From Aquificaceae bacterium (lineage in GTDB: Bacteria > Aquificota > Aquificia > Aquificales > Aquificaceae), in contig JBEPZX010000002.1 in the NCBI GenBank assembly GCA_041640635.1, forward strand, positions 1 to 64,000: DNA of 64,000 nucleotides, written 5' to 3'. A program made the translations under genes and the position numbers. Numbering within the stretch: the stretch's first letter is position 1; each line of letters begins with the position of its first letter. Below the pieces are notes generated by a model. That model did not search any database. It saw only the letters and a list, made by a program, of their open reading frames with translations, and was not told the origin of the DNA. Below are positions 22,942 through 31,837 of this stretch, piece after piece.

Positions 22942-23502
22942 ATGGCGGAGATAGACCGGATCAGATGGAACCAACGCTACAGCAGTGGTTGGCAAAGCAG
23001 TTTGCATAAAACAATTCTGGATTTTTACAAGCTTGCAAAAACTGGAAGAGCTCTGGAACTTGCCTGTGGCACAGGTGAAAACGCAGTGTTTTTAGCAAAA
23101 CAAGGTTTTTCTGTAGATGCAATAGACATTTCCGATGTAGCCATAGAAAAGGCGAAATCACTCGCTAAAAAAGAAGATGTTAATGTGAACTTTATAAATG
23201 CGGATTTGGATTGCTATCAACTACCAATGCAAGCGTACGATCTCGTGATAGTTTTTTATTATTTAAACAGAAACAAGTTTAAGGAAATAGAAAAGGCTCT
23301 AAAGCCAGGTGGTATTTTGATATACGAAACTTACAACGAAAGATATACTGTAATAAGACAAGATTTCAATAGAGATTATCTTTTAGGACTTGGTGAGCTC
23401 GAAAAGGCTTTTTCTGATTTAGATATCCTTTGCTTTAAAGAACCAAACCACATATCCACTTTGGTAGCCAAGAAAATTGAAGTTAATCTTTTAGTTAGCT
23501 GA
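22942..23502 (+). CDS. Class I SAM-dependent methyltransferase (TehB-like)
   Basis: LELACGTG, IDIS, LKPGG. Confidence 0.85.
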   Translation: MAEIDRIRWNQRYSSGWQSSLHKTILDFYKLAKTGRALELACGTGENAVFLAKQGFSVDAIDISDVAIEKAKSLAKKEDVNVNFINADLDCYQLPMQAYDLVIVFYYLNRNKFKEIEKALKPGGILIYETYNERYTVIRQDFNRDYLLGLGELEKAFSDLDILCFKEPNHISTLVAKKIEVNLLVS

Positions 23503-23609
23503 TTGTCTTAAGTATCAATAGGATTGCTTAGGCATTGTTAAAAGCAAAGTTTCATTCTTCGCTCTTCTAAGACTTTGTTTAAATTCGCTAAAGGTTTAGA
23601 TTATTAACT

Positions 23610-24071
23610 ATGTCCGTAAAGTTAAAAATAAACGGAAAAGAGTACAAAGTAGATGAACACAAAGATACACCTCTCCTTTGGGTACTCAGGGAAACGCTTA
23701 ATCTTAAAGGAACTAAATTTGGGTGTGGAATTGGTATATGTGGGGTTTGTAGCGTAATACTAAATGGAGAAGTAATTAGGTCTTGTATAACACCTTTGGG
23801 AGAAGTAGAAAACAAGAACATAATAACCATAGAAGGTATAGACAAAAACCATCCGGTAAAAAGGGCTTGGGAGCTGGCGCAAGTGGTGCAATGCGGCTAT
23901 TGCCAACCAGGTCAAATTGTAGTTGCTTACAACTTGCTCACAAAAAACCCAAATCCAAAGAGGGAAGAGATAATTCAGGCTTTTCTTGGAAACCTGTGTA
24001 GGTGTGGCACTTATCCTAGAATAATCAAAGCTGTAGAATTAGCATCAAAGCTAATGAGAGGTAGAGCATGA
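23610..24071 (+). CDS. [2Fe-2S] subunit of xanthine oxidase-family enzyme (IorA/CoxS-like)
   Basis: GCGIGICGVC...SC, QCGYCQPG, NLCRCG. Confidence 0.92.
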   Translation: MSVKLKINGKEYKVDEHKDTPLLWVLRETLNLKGTKFGCGIGICGVCSVILNGEVIRSCITPLGEVENKNIITIEGIDKNHPVKRAWELAQVVQCGYCQPGQIVVAYNLLTKNPNPKREEIIQAFLGNLCRCGTYPRIIKAVELASKLMRGRA

Positions 24072-26134
24072 TGGACAGAAGGGATTTCCTCAAGTTTTGT
24101 GGACTGAGTCTTGCAGTAGTTCTAACAGAAAGCGGATGCACCATCGCAAAGACCTCTCAAGCAAGGAGTCCTATTTTATGGATAGATCTCTCCGAAGATA
24201 ATTACCTTACCATTTACTCCAACAAATCAGAAATGGGGCAGGGAATACACACAGGTTTGGCTATGATAGTAGCTGATGAATTGGACTTCCCTTGGGAAAG
24301 AGTAAGAATTTTGCCAGCACCCGTTAACAATGCATACGCGGACCCACTTTTTGGCATACACCTAACGGGTGGTAGCACAAGCGTTAGAAACATGTATGGA
24401 GTGTTGAGATTAGCAGGAGCCACTATGAGACATATGCTGCTATTGGCAGCTTCTCAAAGGTTAAATATACCTCTTTCTTCCTTAAAGGCTGAGCTTGGCT
24501 ACATTTACTATACTCAAGGGAAAATCCCATACGGTGAGCTTGTTAAAGAAGCTACTCAGTTAAATATTCCTCAGCATGCTCCTTTAAAAAAGGAGAGCCA
24601 GTTTATATACATAGGCAAAGGCGTGCCGAGAATAGATAGCGAAGTCAAAATAAACGGCGAAGCAGTATTTGGTATAGATGCTCATATTAACAACGCAGTT
24701 TATGCTACAGTGGTTAGAGCACCTTTGTATGGCGCAAAGGTGGAAAGGATAGATAAAACCAAAGCAAAGACAGTAAAAGGCTTTTTAGATGCTTTCCCAT
24801 TGGGCGAAAGGGATAAGGTAGCTATAGTTGCGGAAAGTATGGGTACTTTGATGAAGGCAAAAGATTCATTACAAATTCAATGGAGTAGAGACACAACAAG
24901 TTATCTGGATGATGATAAATTAAAAACATACTTTCTGGATGCGCTCCAAAGAGAAGGAGAAGTTGCCGAGATAGTAGGTAAGCCAGAGAAAGTTATAAAG
25001 GATTCTTACATAAAGACATCTTCTATTTATGTGCTTCCTTACTTATATCATGCTCATTTGGAGCCTCTTTCGTGTTGTGTAGATGTAAAAAAGGATAGAT
25101 GCATTATTTATACACCTGTTCAAGCTCAAAGTAGTGTACTGAGTGTAGCAAAGAAAGTAAGTGGACTCCCAGAAGAAAAGATTCACATAAGCACTACTTA
25201 CCTTGGTGGTGGCTTTGGGCGTAAAGCAAATGTTGAGTTTGTGGAAGAGGCGTTAATCATTTCCAAGACATTGTCAAAACCAGTAAAGTTAATTTACACA
25301 AGAGAAGAAGATGTAAAGTACGCCAAATTTAGACCTATGTGTGCTGCTTTGATGGAAGGAGCTATAGACGAAAGAGGTAAAGTAGTTGCACTCAATTGTA
25401 AGATAGCTATTCATTCCATAAGTATATCTGCAAAATCATCCGTAGAAGGTATAGCCGATACTCTTTATCAAATTCCGAACTTTAGAGTGGAGTATGTAAA
25501 TGTCAAAATGCCTTTTGATACATGGTTTTGGCGCTCTGTTGGACATTCCCACAATGCCTTTATAATGGAAACTTTTATAGATCAGCTTGCCAAACTTGCA
25601 AAAAAAGATCCAGTGAGTCTAAGATTGGAACTACTAAAAGACGAGAGAGCCAAAAGGGTGATTTCTTACTGTGCAGAAAAAGCAGGTTGGGGCAAAAAAC
25701 CCAAAAGAGGAGAGGCTATGGGTATAGCTTACCACTTTTCTTTTGGTAGTCATTGCGCCCAGGCCGTAGAAGTCTCAGTTGACAAGAAAGGTAAAATAAG
25801 GGTAGATAGGGCGGTATGCGTTATGGATATAGGACCTTTGGTAGTGCATCCCGATTTGGCAAGACAACAGGTGGAAGGCGGAATAATTATGGGATTAAGT
25901 GCGGCGCTAAAAGAAAGAGTTTCTTTTAAAGGTGGAGGAGTTTCTAGTCTAAACTTTGACACCTATAACATACTCAGAATAGATGAAATACCACAAGAGA
26001 TTGAAGTTTACTTTCTAAAAAGCAATGCACGCATGGGAGGTGTAGGTGAACCCCCTCTTCCACCTATAGCTCCTGCCATAGCTAACGCCCTATTTTGGGG
26101 TTATGACAAAAAAATAACATCACTCCCCATATAG
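24068..26134 (+). CDS. Molybdopterin-binding subunit, xanthine oxidase family (IorB-like), Tat-exported
   Basis: RRDFLK, SEMGQG, TGGSTS, GGGFGRK, WRSVGH, QVEGG, GGVGEP. Confidence 0.9.
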   Translation: MMDRRDFLKFCGLSLAVVLTESGCTIAKTSQARSPILWIDLSEDNYLTIYSNKSEMGQGIHTGLAMIVADELDFPWERVRILPAPVNNAYADPLFGIHLTGGSTSVRNMYGVLRLAGATMRHMLLLAASQRLNIPLSSLKAELGYIYYTQGKIPYGELVKEATQLNIPQHAPLKKESQFIYIGKGVPRIDSEVKINGEAVFGIDAHINNAVYATVVRAPLYGAKVERIDKTKAKTVKGFLDAFPLGERDKVAIVAESMGTLMKAKDSLQIQWSRDTTSYLDDDKLKTYFLDALQREGEVAEIVGKPEKVIKDSYIKTSSIYVLPYLYHAHLEPLSCCVDVKKDRCIIYTPVQAQSSVLSVAKKVSGLPEEKIHISTTYLGGGFGRKANVEFVEEALIISKTLSKPVKLIYTREEDVKYAKFRPMCAALMEGAIDERGKVVALNCKIAIHSISISAKSSVEGIADTLYQIPNFRVEYVNVKMPFDTWFWRSVGHSHNAFIMETFIDQLAKLAKKDPVSLRLELLKDERAKRVISYCAEKAGWGKKPKRGEAMGIAYHFSFGSHCAQAVEVSVDKKGKIRVDRAVCVMDIGPLVVHPDLARQQVEGGIIMGLSAALKERVSFKGGGVSSLNFDTYNILRIDEIPQEIEVYFLKSNARMGGVGEPPLPPIAPAIANALFWGYDKKITSLPI

Positions 26135-26137
26135 AAT

Positions 26138-26620
26138 TTACTTACAGTTGAATTTTTCTCTAAGCTTTTTTTCTACATATGGATGTACCAACCCGCTAAG
26201 ATAACCACAGTAAGATGCAATATCCCTAACTATTGTAGAACTTATATGTATATAAGTTTGAGATGGCATCATAAAAACCGTTTCTACACCTGCAAGTTTA
26301 TAGTTGTTCAGAGATATTTGCAGTTCATACTCAAAATCCGTAAAAAGGCGAACACCCCTTACTATAACTCTTATATTTTCCTTTTTCATAAAATCTACCA
26401 GTAAACCATCAAAGCAAATTACCTCAACATTACCAGAAAAGTCCTTGAGCATATTTGAGAACATGTCTAAGCGTTCTTCAGAACTAAAAAGTAAGTTTTT
26501 TCTGGGATTTTTGGCTATAGCTACTACAACTTTGTCAAATATAACGCAAGCTCTATGCACTATGTCCAAGTGTCCTAGATGGGGCGGATCAAAGGTGCCA
26601 GGATATACTACTTTAACCAT
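26138..26620 (-). CDS. coaD: Phosphopantetheine adenylyltransferase
   Basis: YPGTFDPPHLGH, RGVR...DFEYE, ISSTIVR; start taken at ATG 26620. Confidence 0.95.
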   Translation of the reverse strand: MVKVVYPGTFDPPHLGHLDIVHRACVIFDKVVVAIAKNPRKNLLFSSEERLDMFSNMLKDFSGNVEVICFDGLLVDFMKKENIRVIVRGVRLFTDFEYELQISLNNYKLAGVETVFMMPSQTYIHISSTIVRDIASYCGYLSGLVHPYVEKKLREKFNCK

Positions 26621-27074
26621 CCTTCTTCTCCCATATAGATAATGCAGTATCACCGTATTCTTTTCTCTTATCTGAGGGAAAAGTTATATTTTTTCTATGT
26701 TCTAGTATAAAAACACCATTATTACAAAGTCTTTCCAAAGCTTTTTCAATAAGTTTTTCATATTTTTCATAATCATATGGAGGATCAGCGAAAATTATGT
26801 CGTAACAATAATTAGAGTTCTCTAAAAATTTTAATGAATCTGAAATAACTACATTATTTCCATATTTAGCTAGCAATTTTTGCCCAATACTAGGGTTTTT
26901 TTCTACAAAAATTACATTAGCTCCTCTTTCTATAGCCATTGAACCTATTTGACCAGTTCCAGCGAATAGGTCTAAAAAGCTTAAACCTTTTATATCCCCC
27001 AACATATTAAAGATTGCATACTTAACTAAGGAAGATGTGGGTCTAAGTAAAGGTTTTTTACTTGATTTTTTCAT
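26613..27074 (-). CDS. rsmD: 16S rRNA m2G966 methyltransferase RsmD family
   Basis: LRPT, LDLFAGTG, DPPY, YGDT; classic rsmD-coaD pairing. Confidence 0.9.
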   Translation of the reverse strand: MKKSSKKPLLRPTSSLVKYAIFNMLGDIKGLSFLDLFAGTGQIGSMAIERGANVIFVEKNPSIGQKLLAKYGNNVVISDSLKFLENSNYCYDIIFADPPYDYEKYEKLIEKALERLCNNGVFILEHRKNITFPSDKRKEYGDTALSIWEKKDG

Positions 27075-27119
27075 AAAGTTTATTATAATTTATGTTTTCG
27101 TTTAAAAGGAGGTGTTGTT

Positions 27120-27200
27120 ATGCAAAGGCTGTTTAGCCTACTAAAAAATTTTGACAAGGAGGAAAGAAAATGGCAAAGACCCTCGGACTGCATATCCTAG
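27120..27200 (+). other. Putative 26-aa upstream ORF overlapping the speD start
   Basis: SD AAAGGAGGTG at about 27105-27114 then ATG 27120; MQRLFSLLKNFDKEERKWQRPSDCIS*; out of frame with speD. Confidence 0.45.
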
Positions 27201-27565
27201 CTGACCTTTATGGTGTAAGCCCGGATTTAATAGATCGGGTAGAAGACATTAGGCACTTGTTAGAGAGTGCCGTAAAGGTCGCTGACCTTACAAAAATATC
27301 CTCTCACTACTATCAATTCCAACCTCATGGAGCCACAGGAGTTGTGCTTCTCGCTGAATCACACATATCCATCCACACGTGGCCAGAACATGGCTTAGCT
27401 ACGGTTGATGTATATACATGTGGAGATCCATACAAAGCATACAGAGCTATGGACTACATAATATCTACACTTGAACCTACTAGAGTAGATAAACAGGTCC
27501 ATGAGAGAGGACTTGTAGGGAAGTCTGAAGGGTCTGATGTACGAAGTATATTGTTGAAAATTTAA
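27170..27565 (+). CDS. speD: S-adenosylmethionine decarboxylase proenzyme
   Basis: GLHILAD, LAESHISIHTWPE (pyruvoyl cleavage site), DVYTCG; SD AAGGAGG. Confidence 0.95.
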   Translation: MAKTLGLHILADLYGVSPDLIDRVEDIRHLLESAVKVADLTKISSHYYQFQPHGATGVVLLAESHISIHTWPEHGLATVDVYTCGDPYKAYRAMDYIISTLEPTRVDKQVHERGLVGKSEGSDVRSILLKI

Positions 27566-27582
27566 ATAAAAAAACTATACAC

Positions 27583-27612
27583 TTGCATTTTTGTAGCCTA
27601 ATATGATACAAT
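27583..27612 (+). promoter_or_regulatory. Putative sigma70 promoter of OmpA-family gene
   Basis: TTGCAT 27583-27588; extended -10 TG-A-TACAAT ending 27612; SD GGAGGTG downstream. Confidence 0.55.
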
Positions 27613-27639
27613 GGGTAGAGTATTTACGGAGGTGTTACT

Positions 27640-28311
27640 ATGAAAAAGTTTTTACTAGCAGGGGGTGTTTTTTTAGGTAGCGTAATCATAGCTAGTGCAC
27701 AAGAGCCAAAAGATCCATGCGGTAGCCCAAAAGAATTCTACTCTAAGTACATGTTGGACAAGTGTTACAAAGTTTACTTTGACGCTATATCTGAAGCTAG
27801 AAAGAAAGCCGACGAAGCCAACAGCAAAGCTTCAAACGCTCTTGATAAAGCTTCAAGATTAGAAGCTATCATTAACGACCACGAAAACAGGATCAGGCAA
27901 CTGGAAAGAAAACCAGCTCAACCAGCGCCAGCTCCAATGTCTGAAACCAGAAGAGAAGAAGGTATAGGTGTATACAAATGGCAGTTGGAAGAAATAGGCA
28001 CTGTTAGGTTTGACTTCGATAGGTTTGACATTCGCAGGGATCAAGTCAACATATTAGATCAAATAGCAAGTAAAGTAAAGGAAAGTGGAGGAGAAATTCT
28101 AATAGTTGGTTTTGCAGATAAAGTGGGTACTTCAAGATACAACTTTAATTTATCTATGTGGAGAGCTCAAAGGGTCGCAAGTGAGCTTGCTAGACGCGGT
28201 ACAGATATAGGTAAAATGAATATCGCAGCTTATGGTAAAGAAGTTTATGATCTCTTGGATCCTCGCAACCGTGGCAATCAAAGGGTCGTAAAAGTATACA
28301 TAAAGAAGTAG
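27640..28311 (+). CDS. Exported OmpA-C-domain protein with N-terminal coiled coil
   Basis: Signal peptide; Ala/Lys heptads; PAPAP linker; VRFDFD, GFAD...G...YNFNLS.WRAQRV, YG, NQRV. Confidence 0.85.
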   Translation: MKKFLLAGGVFLGSVIIASAQEPKDPCGSPKEFYSKYMLDKCYKVYFDAISEARKKADEANSKASNALDKASRLEAIINDHENRIRQLERKPAQPAPAPMSETRREEGIGVYKWQLEEIGTVRFDFDRFDIRRDQVNILDQIASKVKESGGEILIVGFADKVGTSRYNFNLSMWRAQRVASELARRGTDIGKMNIAAYGKEVYDLLDPRNRGNQRVVKVYIKK

Positions 28312-28498
28312 TCTTTAGGGGTCTCCCCCCTTAATTTAAAATTTGCAGTGTTGCATTGTTTCTTTTTCAATATGTCTATAAACCTTGAAAATCCTTTAAT
28401 GCTTCTTAGGAAATCACACGAATTTTCTTAATTTAAATGTTAAATTATTATTAATCCTGAAATAAGCAATTTTTAAGTATGCTTTAGGTCATAAAATT

Positions 28499-28532
28499 TT
28501 GCATACATTTACTTCTTATCTTAAAATAAGAA
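28499..28532 (+). promoter_or_regulatory. Putative promoter of nuo cluster with palindrome over -10
   Basis: TTGCAT 28499-28504, 17 bp, TAAAAT 28522-28527; TTCTTAT-N6-ATAAGAA at 28513-28532. Confidence 0.55.
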
Positions 28533-28536
28533 TGCC

Positions 28537-29142
28537 ATGAAGATCAAAAAGGTAGACAGAAGGGCTGTACTTAATCTAGTCGAGTCCATATTGTTTGTTG
28601 ATTTTATAAAAGGTCTTTCTGTAACAATGAAGAACCTTCTAAAAAGGCCAATAACGACTAATTATCCTGTAGAAAAGCTTACGCCGCCTAAACGCTATAG
28701 AGGAGCTCACGGACATTTTGTATGGGATGGCAGTGAACCTATGTCCTTAAGAGCTATAGAAAAGTTTATGTCCTTTGAAAAGGGCAAAAGTAGATGCGTA
28801 GCGTGCTATATGTGTCAAACAGCTTGTCCTATGCCTACACTTTTTAGAATAGAAGCTGTACAACTACCAAATGGAAGTAAAAAAGTGGTAAGGTTCGATA
28901 TGAACTTATTGAACTGCTTATTTTGTGGACTCTGTGTAGATGCTTGCCCAGTGGGATGTCTTACAATGACTGATCTATATGAACTCGCCAACTATTCACG
29001 AAGAGATGCCGTTTTAAACATGGAAAATTTAGAAGCCAATTCTATAGATTGGAAGAAAAGGAGAGAAAACGAACCTGATAGAATTTGGATAGATGATGAA
29101 CATAGGAAAAAACTCTGGGGGAATATACAGTGGAATGGATAA
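28537..29142 (+). CDS. nuoI: NADH-quinone oxidoreductase subunit I (copy 1)
   Basis: YP.E...P.RYRG; CVACYMCQTACP and CLFCGLCVDACP. Confidence 0.93.
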   Translation: MKIKKVDRRAVLNLVESILFVDFIKGLSVTMKNLLKRPITTNYPVEKLTPPKRYRGAHGHFVWDGSEPMSLRAIEKFMSFEKGKSRCVACYMCQTACPMPTLFRIEAVQLPNGSKKVVRFDMNLLNCLFCGLCVDACPVGCLTMTDLYELANYSRRDAVLNMENLEANSIDWKKRRENEPDRIWIDDEHRKKLWGNIQWNG

Positions 29143-29621
29143 TTTTTTCATTTCTCGCCGTTTGGTTGATAGCTTCTGCCTTAGGGACAGTTTTTCTTAA
29201 AAACCCTGTGCATGTTATTCTTTCCTTTTTATCTGTAATACTAGCTACAGCTGGTATATTCTTACATTTAAAATCCGAACTGTTAGCAGGACTCCAGCTT
29301 ATAATTTACGCTGTTGCCATTGTTGTATTTTACGTTCTGGTAATTACTACGGTCCCTTGGGAAAGAGTGAAAAAGTTTGAAGGTGTGTATAAAAAGGAGT
29401 TAATTTTATCTGTACCCATTTTGCTTGTTAGTTTTTTATCAATATCTTATCTAGTTTTAAGAGGAAAGTTTGAGTATAACTTAAATTTAGCTACAGTGAA
29501 CAATGTAAAGGATGTAGGTAAAAGCTTATTTACTCAATATCTTCTGCCTTTCGAGATAGCATCTGTTATACTTTTAGTAGCAATGATTGGAGCCATCATT
29601 CTTGGGAGGAAGGAAGATTGA
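29130..29621 (+). CDS. nuoJ: NADH-quinone oxidoreductase subunit J (copy 1)
   Basis: NPVH, QLIIYAVAI, FEIASVILLVAMIGAI. Confidence 0.93.
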   Translation: MEWIIFSFLAVWLIASALGTVFLKNPVHVILSFLSVILATAGIFLHLKSELLAGLQLIIYAVAIVVFYVLVITTVPWERVKKFEGVYKKELILSVPILLVSFLSISYLVLRGKFEYNLNLATVNNVKDVGKSLFTQYLLPFEIASVILLVAMIGAIILGRKED

Positions 29622-29920
29622 GTATAAGTTTAGCTTATATTCTCTTAAGCATTTTCTTATTTTTGCTAGGCCTTTTAGGTGTTATTATAAGGAAGAACCT
29701 GATAACCATGCTGGTGAGCACTGAACTGATGCTAAACTCCGCAAATATTGTTCTCGTGAGTATTGATCATATAATGAAAGGTGTTGAAGGACAGGTATTT
29801 GCCCTTTTTGTTCTTACCATAGCCGCAGCAGAAGTAGCAATAGGACTTGGTTTAGTTGTAGCTTTATTTAGATTGAAAGGCTACGAAAGTTCTTCCGAAA
29901 TAACACACCTAAGAGGTTAA
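29618..29920 (+). CDS. nuoK: NADH-quinone oxidoreductase subunit K (copy 1)
   Basis: ELMLN, GQVFA, AAAEVAIGL. Confidence 0.93.
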   Translation: MSISLAYILLSIFLFLLGLLGVIIRKNLITMLVSTELMLNSANIVLVSIDHIMKGVEGQVFALFVLTIAAAEVAIGLGLVVALFRLKGYESSSEITHLRG

Positions 29921-31555
29921 GGAATGGAGAGTGTAATAGTAATACTGTCACCACTAATAGCCTTTTTAATCATAGCCTTTTTCGGTAGAAAAATAGGAGA
30001 CCTAGCCTCAGCTATCATCTGCATTTTAGGTGGTGCCCTGTCATTCCTATTTTCTACCTTCATCTCCTACCAAGTACTATCCTCACAAAACCCTATTCAC
30101 ATCAAACTCTATAACTTCCTCCCTCTCCAAAACTTCACTATCTCCTTTGGTCTATACTTTGATACATTATCCGCAATCACTACCACTGTAGTTACATTTG
30201 TCTCTACCTTGATCTTCATCTACTCAGTTGGTTACATGCATAACCTCTTTGGTCAATGGACTTACAAGTTCTATGCATACCTATCCTTGTTCCTCTTTGC
30301 TATGCTCCTTATACTGCTTTCTGACAACCTCTTGGGTATTTTCTTCGGTTGGGAAGGTGTTGGTCTTGCTTCTTACCTTCTGATTGGATACTTCCATGAA
30401 ACCAAAAAAGCAGCTAATGCCTCCTTGGAAGCCTTTACCTTAAACAGAGTTGGTGACTGGCTCTTTATCTTCGGTATCATCTATTGCTTCTATCTATTTG
30501 GTAGCATAGATCTTTTAGACATATTCAAAGGAGTAAATGATGTAAACAAAAATCTCTTAGGTGTGGCAGCTCTTCTCTTGTTTGGGGGGGCAGTTGGCAA
30601 ATCTGGGCAACTACCACTGCACACGTGGTTGCCCAACGCTATGGCAGGTCCTACACCTGTCTCTGCTTTGCTTCACGCTGCCACCATGGTAGCAGCTGGT
30701 GTGTACTTGGTAGCAAGAGTATACCCTGTGTTTGATAATGCGCCAGAAAGCCTAAAAGTTGTGGCGTTAGTTGGTGGTATAACAGCTCTATTTGCAGCTC
30801 TTTCAGCTACAGCACAAACAGACATAAAGAAGATCATAGCCTTTTCTACTATGTCACAACTTGGTCTTATGTATCTAGCCTTAGGAATAGGTGATCAAGT
30901 AGGAGCGATGTTTCATCTGACTACACATGCCTTTTTTAAGGCTTTGCTCTTTTTGGCAGCAGGTAGTGTAATACACGCCTTTGGGCACCATGTGCATGAC
31001 ATATTTGAGGTAGGCAACCTGAAAAAATACATGCCAATAACGTATGGTATGTTTATGGTAGGTGCATTGGCACTGGCAGGAGTTTTTCCACTGTCAGGAT
31101 TTTGGAGCAAAGACAGGATCATAGGTAGTGTGTATGATGTAAGTTTTGGGTTTGGTGTGCTGGCGAGTGTAGTGAGTTTATTGACAGCGTATTACATATT
31201 TAGGGAAGCTTTTGTGATGTTTCATGGGAAAGAGAGACACAAAGACAAGGCACATGAGAGTGAGGGAGTGATGGTGGTGCCTATGGTTGTGTTGGCAATA
31301 ATGGCAGTGGGTAGTGGGTTTTTTGAAGGTTGGTATAGTGGATTATTTGGAGCACACAAAGAGATACACCTGAATATAGCAGTAATGTCTGTAGTAATAG
31401 CATTGGTGGGTATTGGTATAGCTTACTTGGTGTATGTAAGAGGTCTTGTAGAGCCAGAGAGAGCTTACGAGTCACTAAAAACACTTCATACAACCTTTAA
31501 AGAACAGTTCTTTACTGAAAAACTCTACCATAAAATACTCGCTAATGGATACATG
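29912..31555 (+). repeat. 1644-bp direct repeat, copy 1 (nuoK end, RBS and most of nuoL)
   Basis: Matches 39386-41029 at offset 9474; only one difference noticed by eye (29977 C vs 39451 T, synonymous). Confidence 0.95.
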
Positions 31556-31831
31556 AATTTATCCAAGCTGCTTTTTATTATAGGGGATAAGTCAGCAATA
31601 GATGGATTTATAAACCTCTCGAGAACAGTATACTTTAGGGTCGTCAAAACCTTGTGGATACGTTTGGATGTGATGACTGTAGATCTATTTGTAAATGGTG
31701 TAGCAAGAATAGCCTACAGGAGTGGTAAAGTCCTAAGGAATTTACAGACAGGTCTTCTAAACAACTATGTTTCCTTCTTAGTTTTAGGAATAGTCTTTAT
31801 ACTAGGTATTCTCATAAAATTTATGAGGTAA
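29924..31831 (+). CDS. nuoL: NADH-quinone oxidoreductase subunit L (copy 1)
   Basis: GWEGVG, NRVGD, KSGQLPLHTWLP.AMAGPTPVSALLHAATMV, HAFFKALLFL. Confidence 0.95.
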   Translation: MESVIVILSPLIAFLIIAFFGRKIGDLASAIICILGGALSFLFSTFISYQVLSSQNPIHIKLYNFLPLQNFTISFGLYFDTLSAITTTVVTFVSTLIFIYSVGYMHNLFGQWTYKFYAYLSLFLFAMLLILLSDNLLGIFFGWEGVGLASYLLIGYFHETKKAANASLEAFTLNRVGDWLFIFGIIYCFYLFGSIDLLDIFKGVNDVNKNLLGVAALLLFGGAVGKSGQLPLHTWLPNAMAGPTPVSALLHAATMVAAGVYLVARVYPVFDNAPESLKVVALVGGITALFAALSATAQTDIKKIIAFSTMSQLGLMYLALGIGDQVGAMFHLTTHAFFKALLFLAAGSVIHAFGHHVHDIFEVGNLKKYMPITYGMFMVGALALAGVFPLSGFWSKDRIIGSVYDVSFGFGVLASVVSLLTAYYIFREAFVMFHGKERHKDKAHESEGVMVVPMVVLAIMAVGSGFFEGWYSGLFGAHKEIHLNIAVMSVVIALVGIGIAYLVYVRGLVEPERAYESLKTLHTTFKEQFFTEKLYHKILANGYMNLSKLLFIIGDKSAIDGFINLSRTVYFRVVKTLWIRLDVMTVDLFVNGVARIAYRSGKVLRNLQTGLLNNYVSFLVLGIVFILGILIKFMR

Positions 31832-31837
31832 TTTGGC

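Noticed and set aside
27092..27136. Second small ORF MFSFKRRCCYAKAV* in the speD leader
   Set aside because: Its ATG is only 2 nt after the -10 box, so it likely lies upstream of the transcription start
28312..28340. G/C run after the OmpA gene as intrinsic terminator
   Set aside because: Stem is short and imperfect with no clear U-tract
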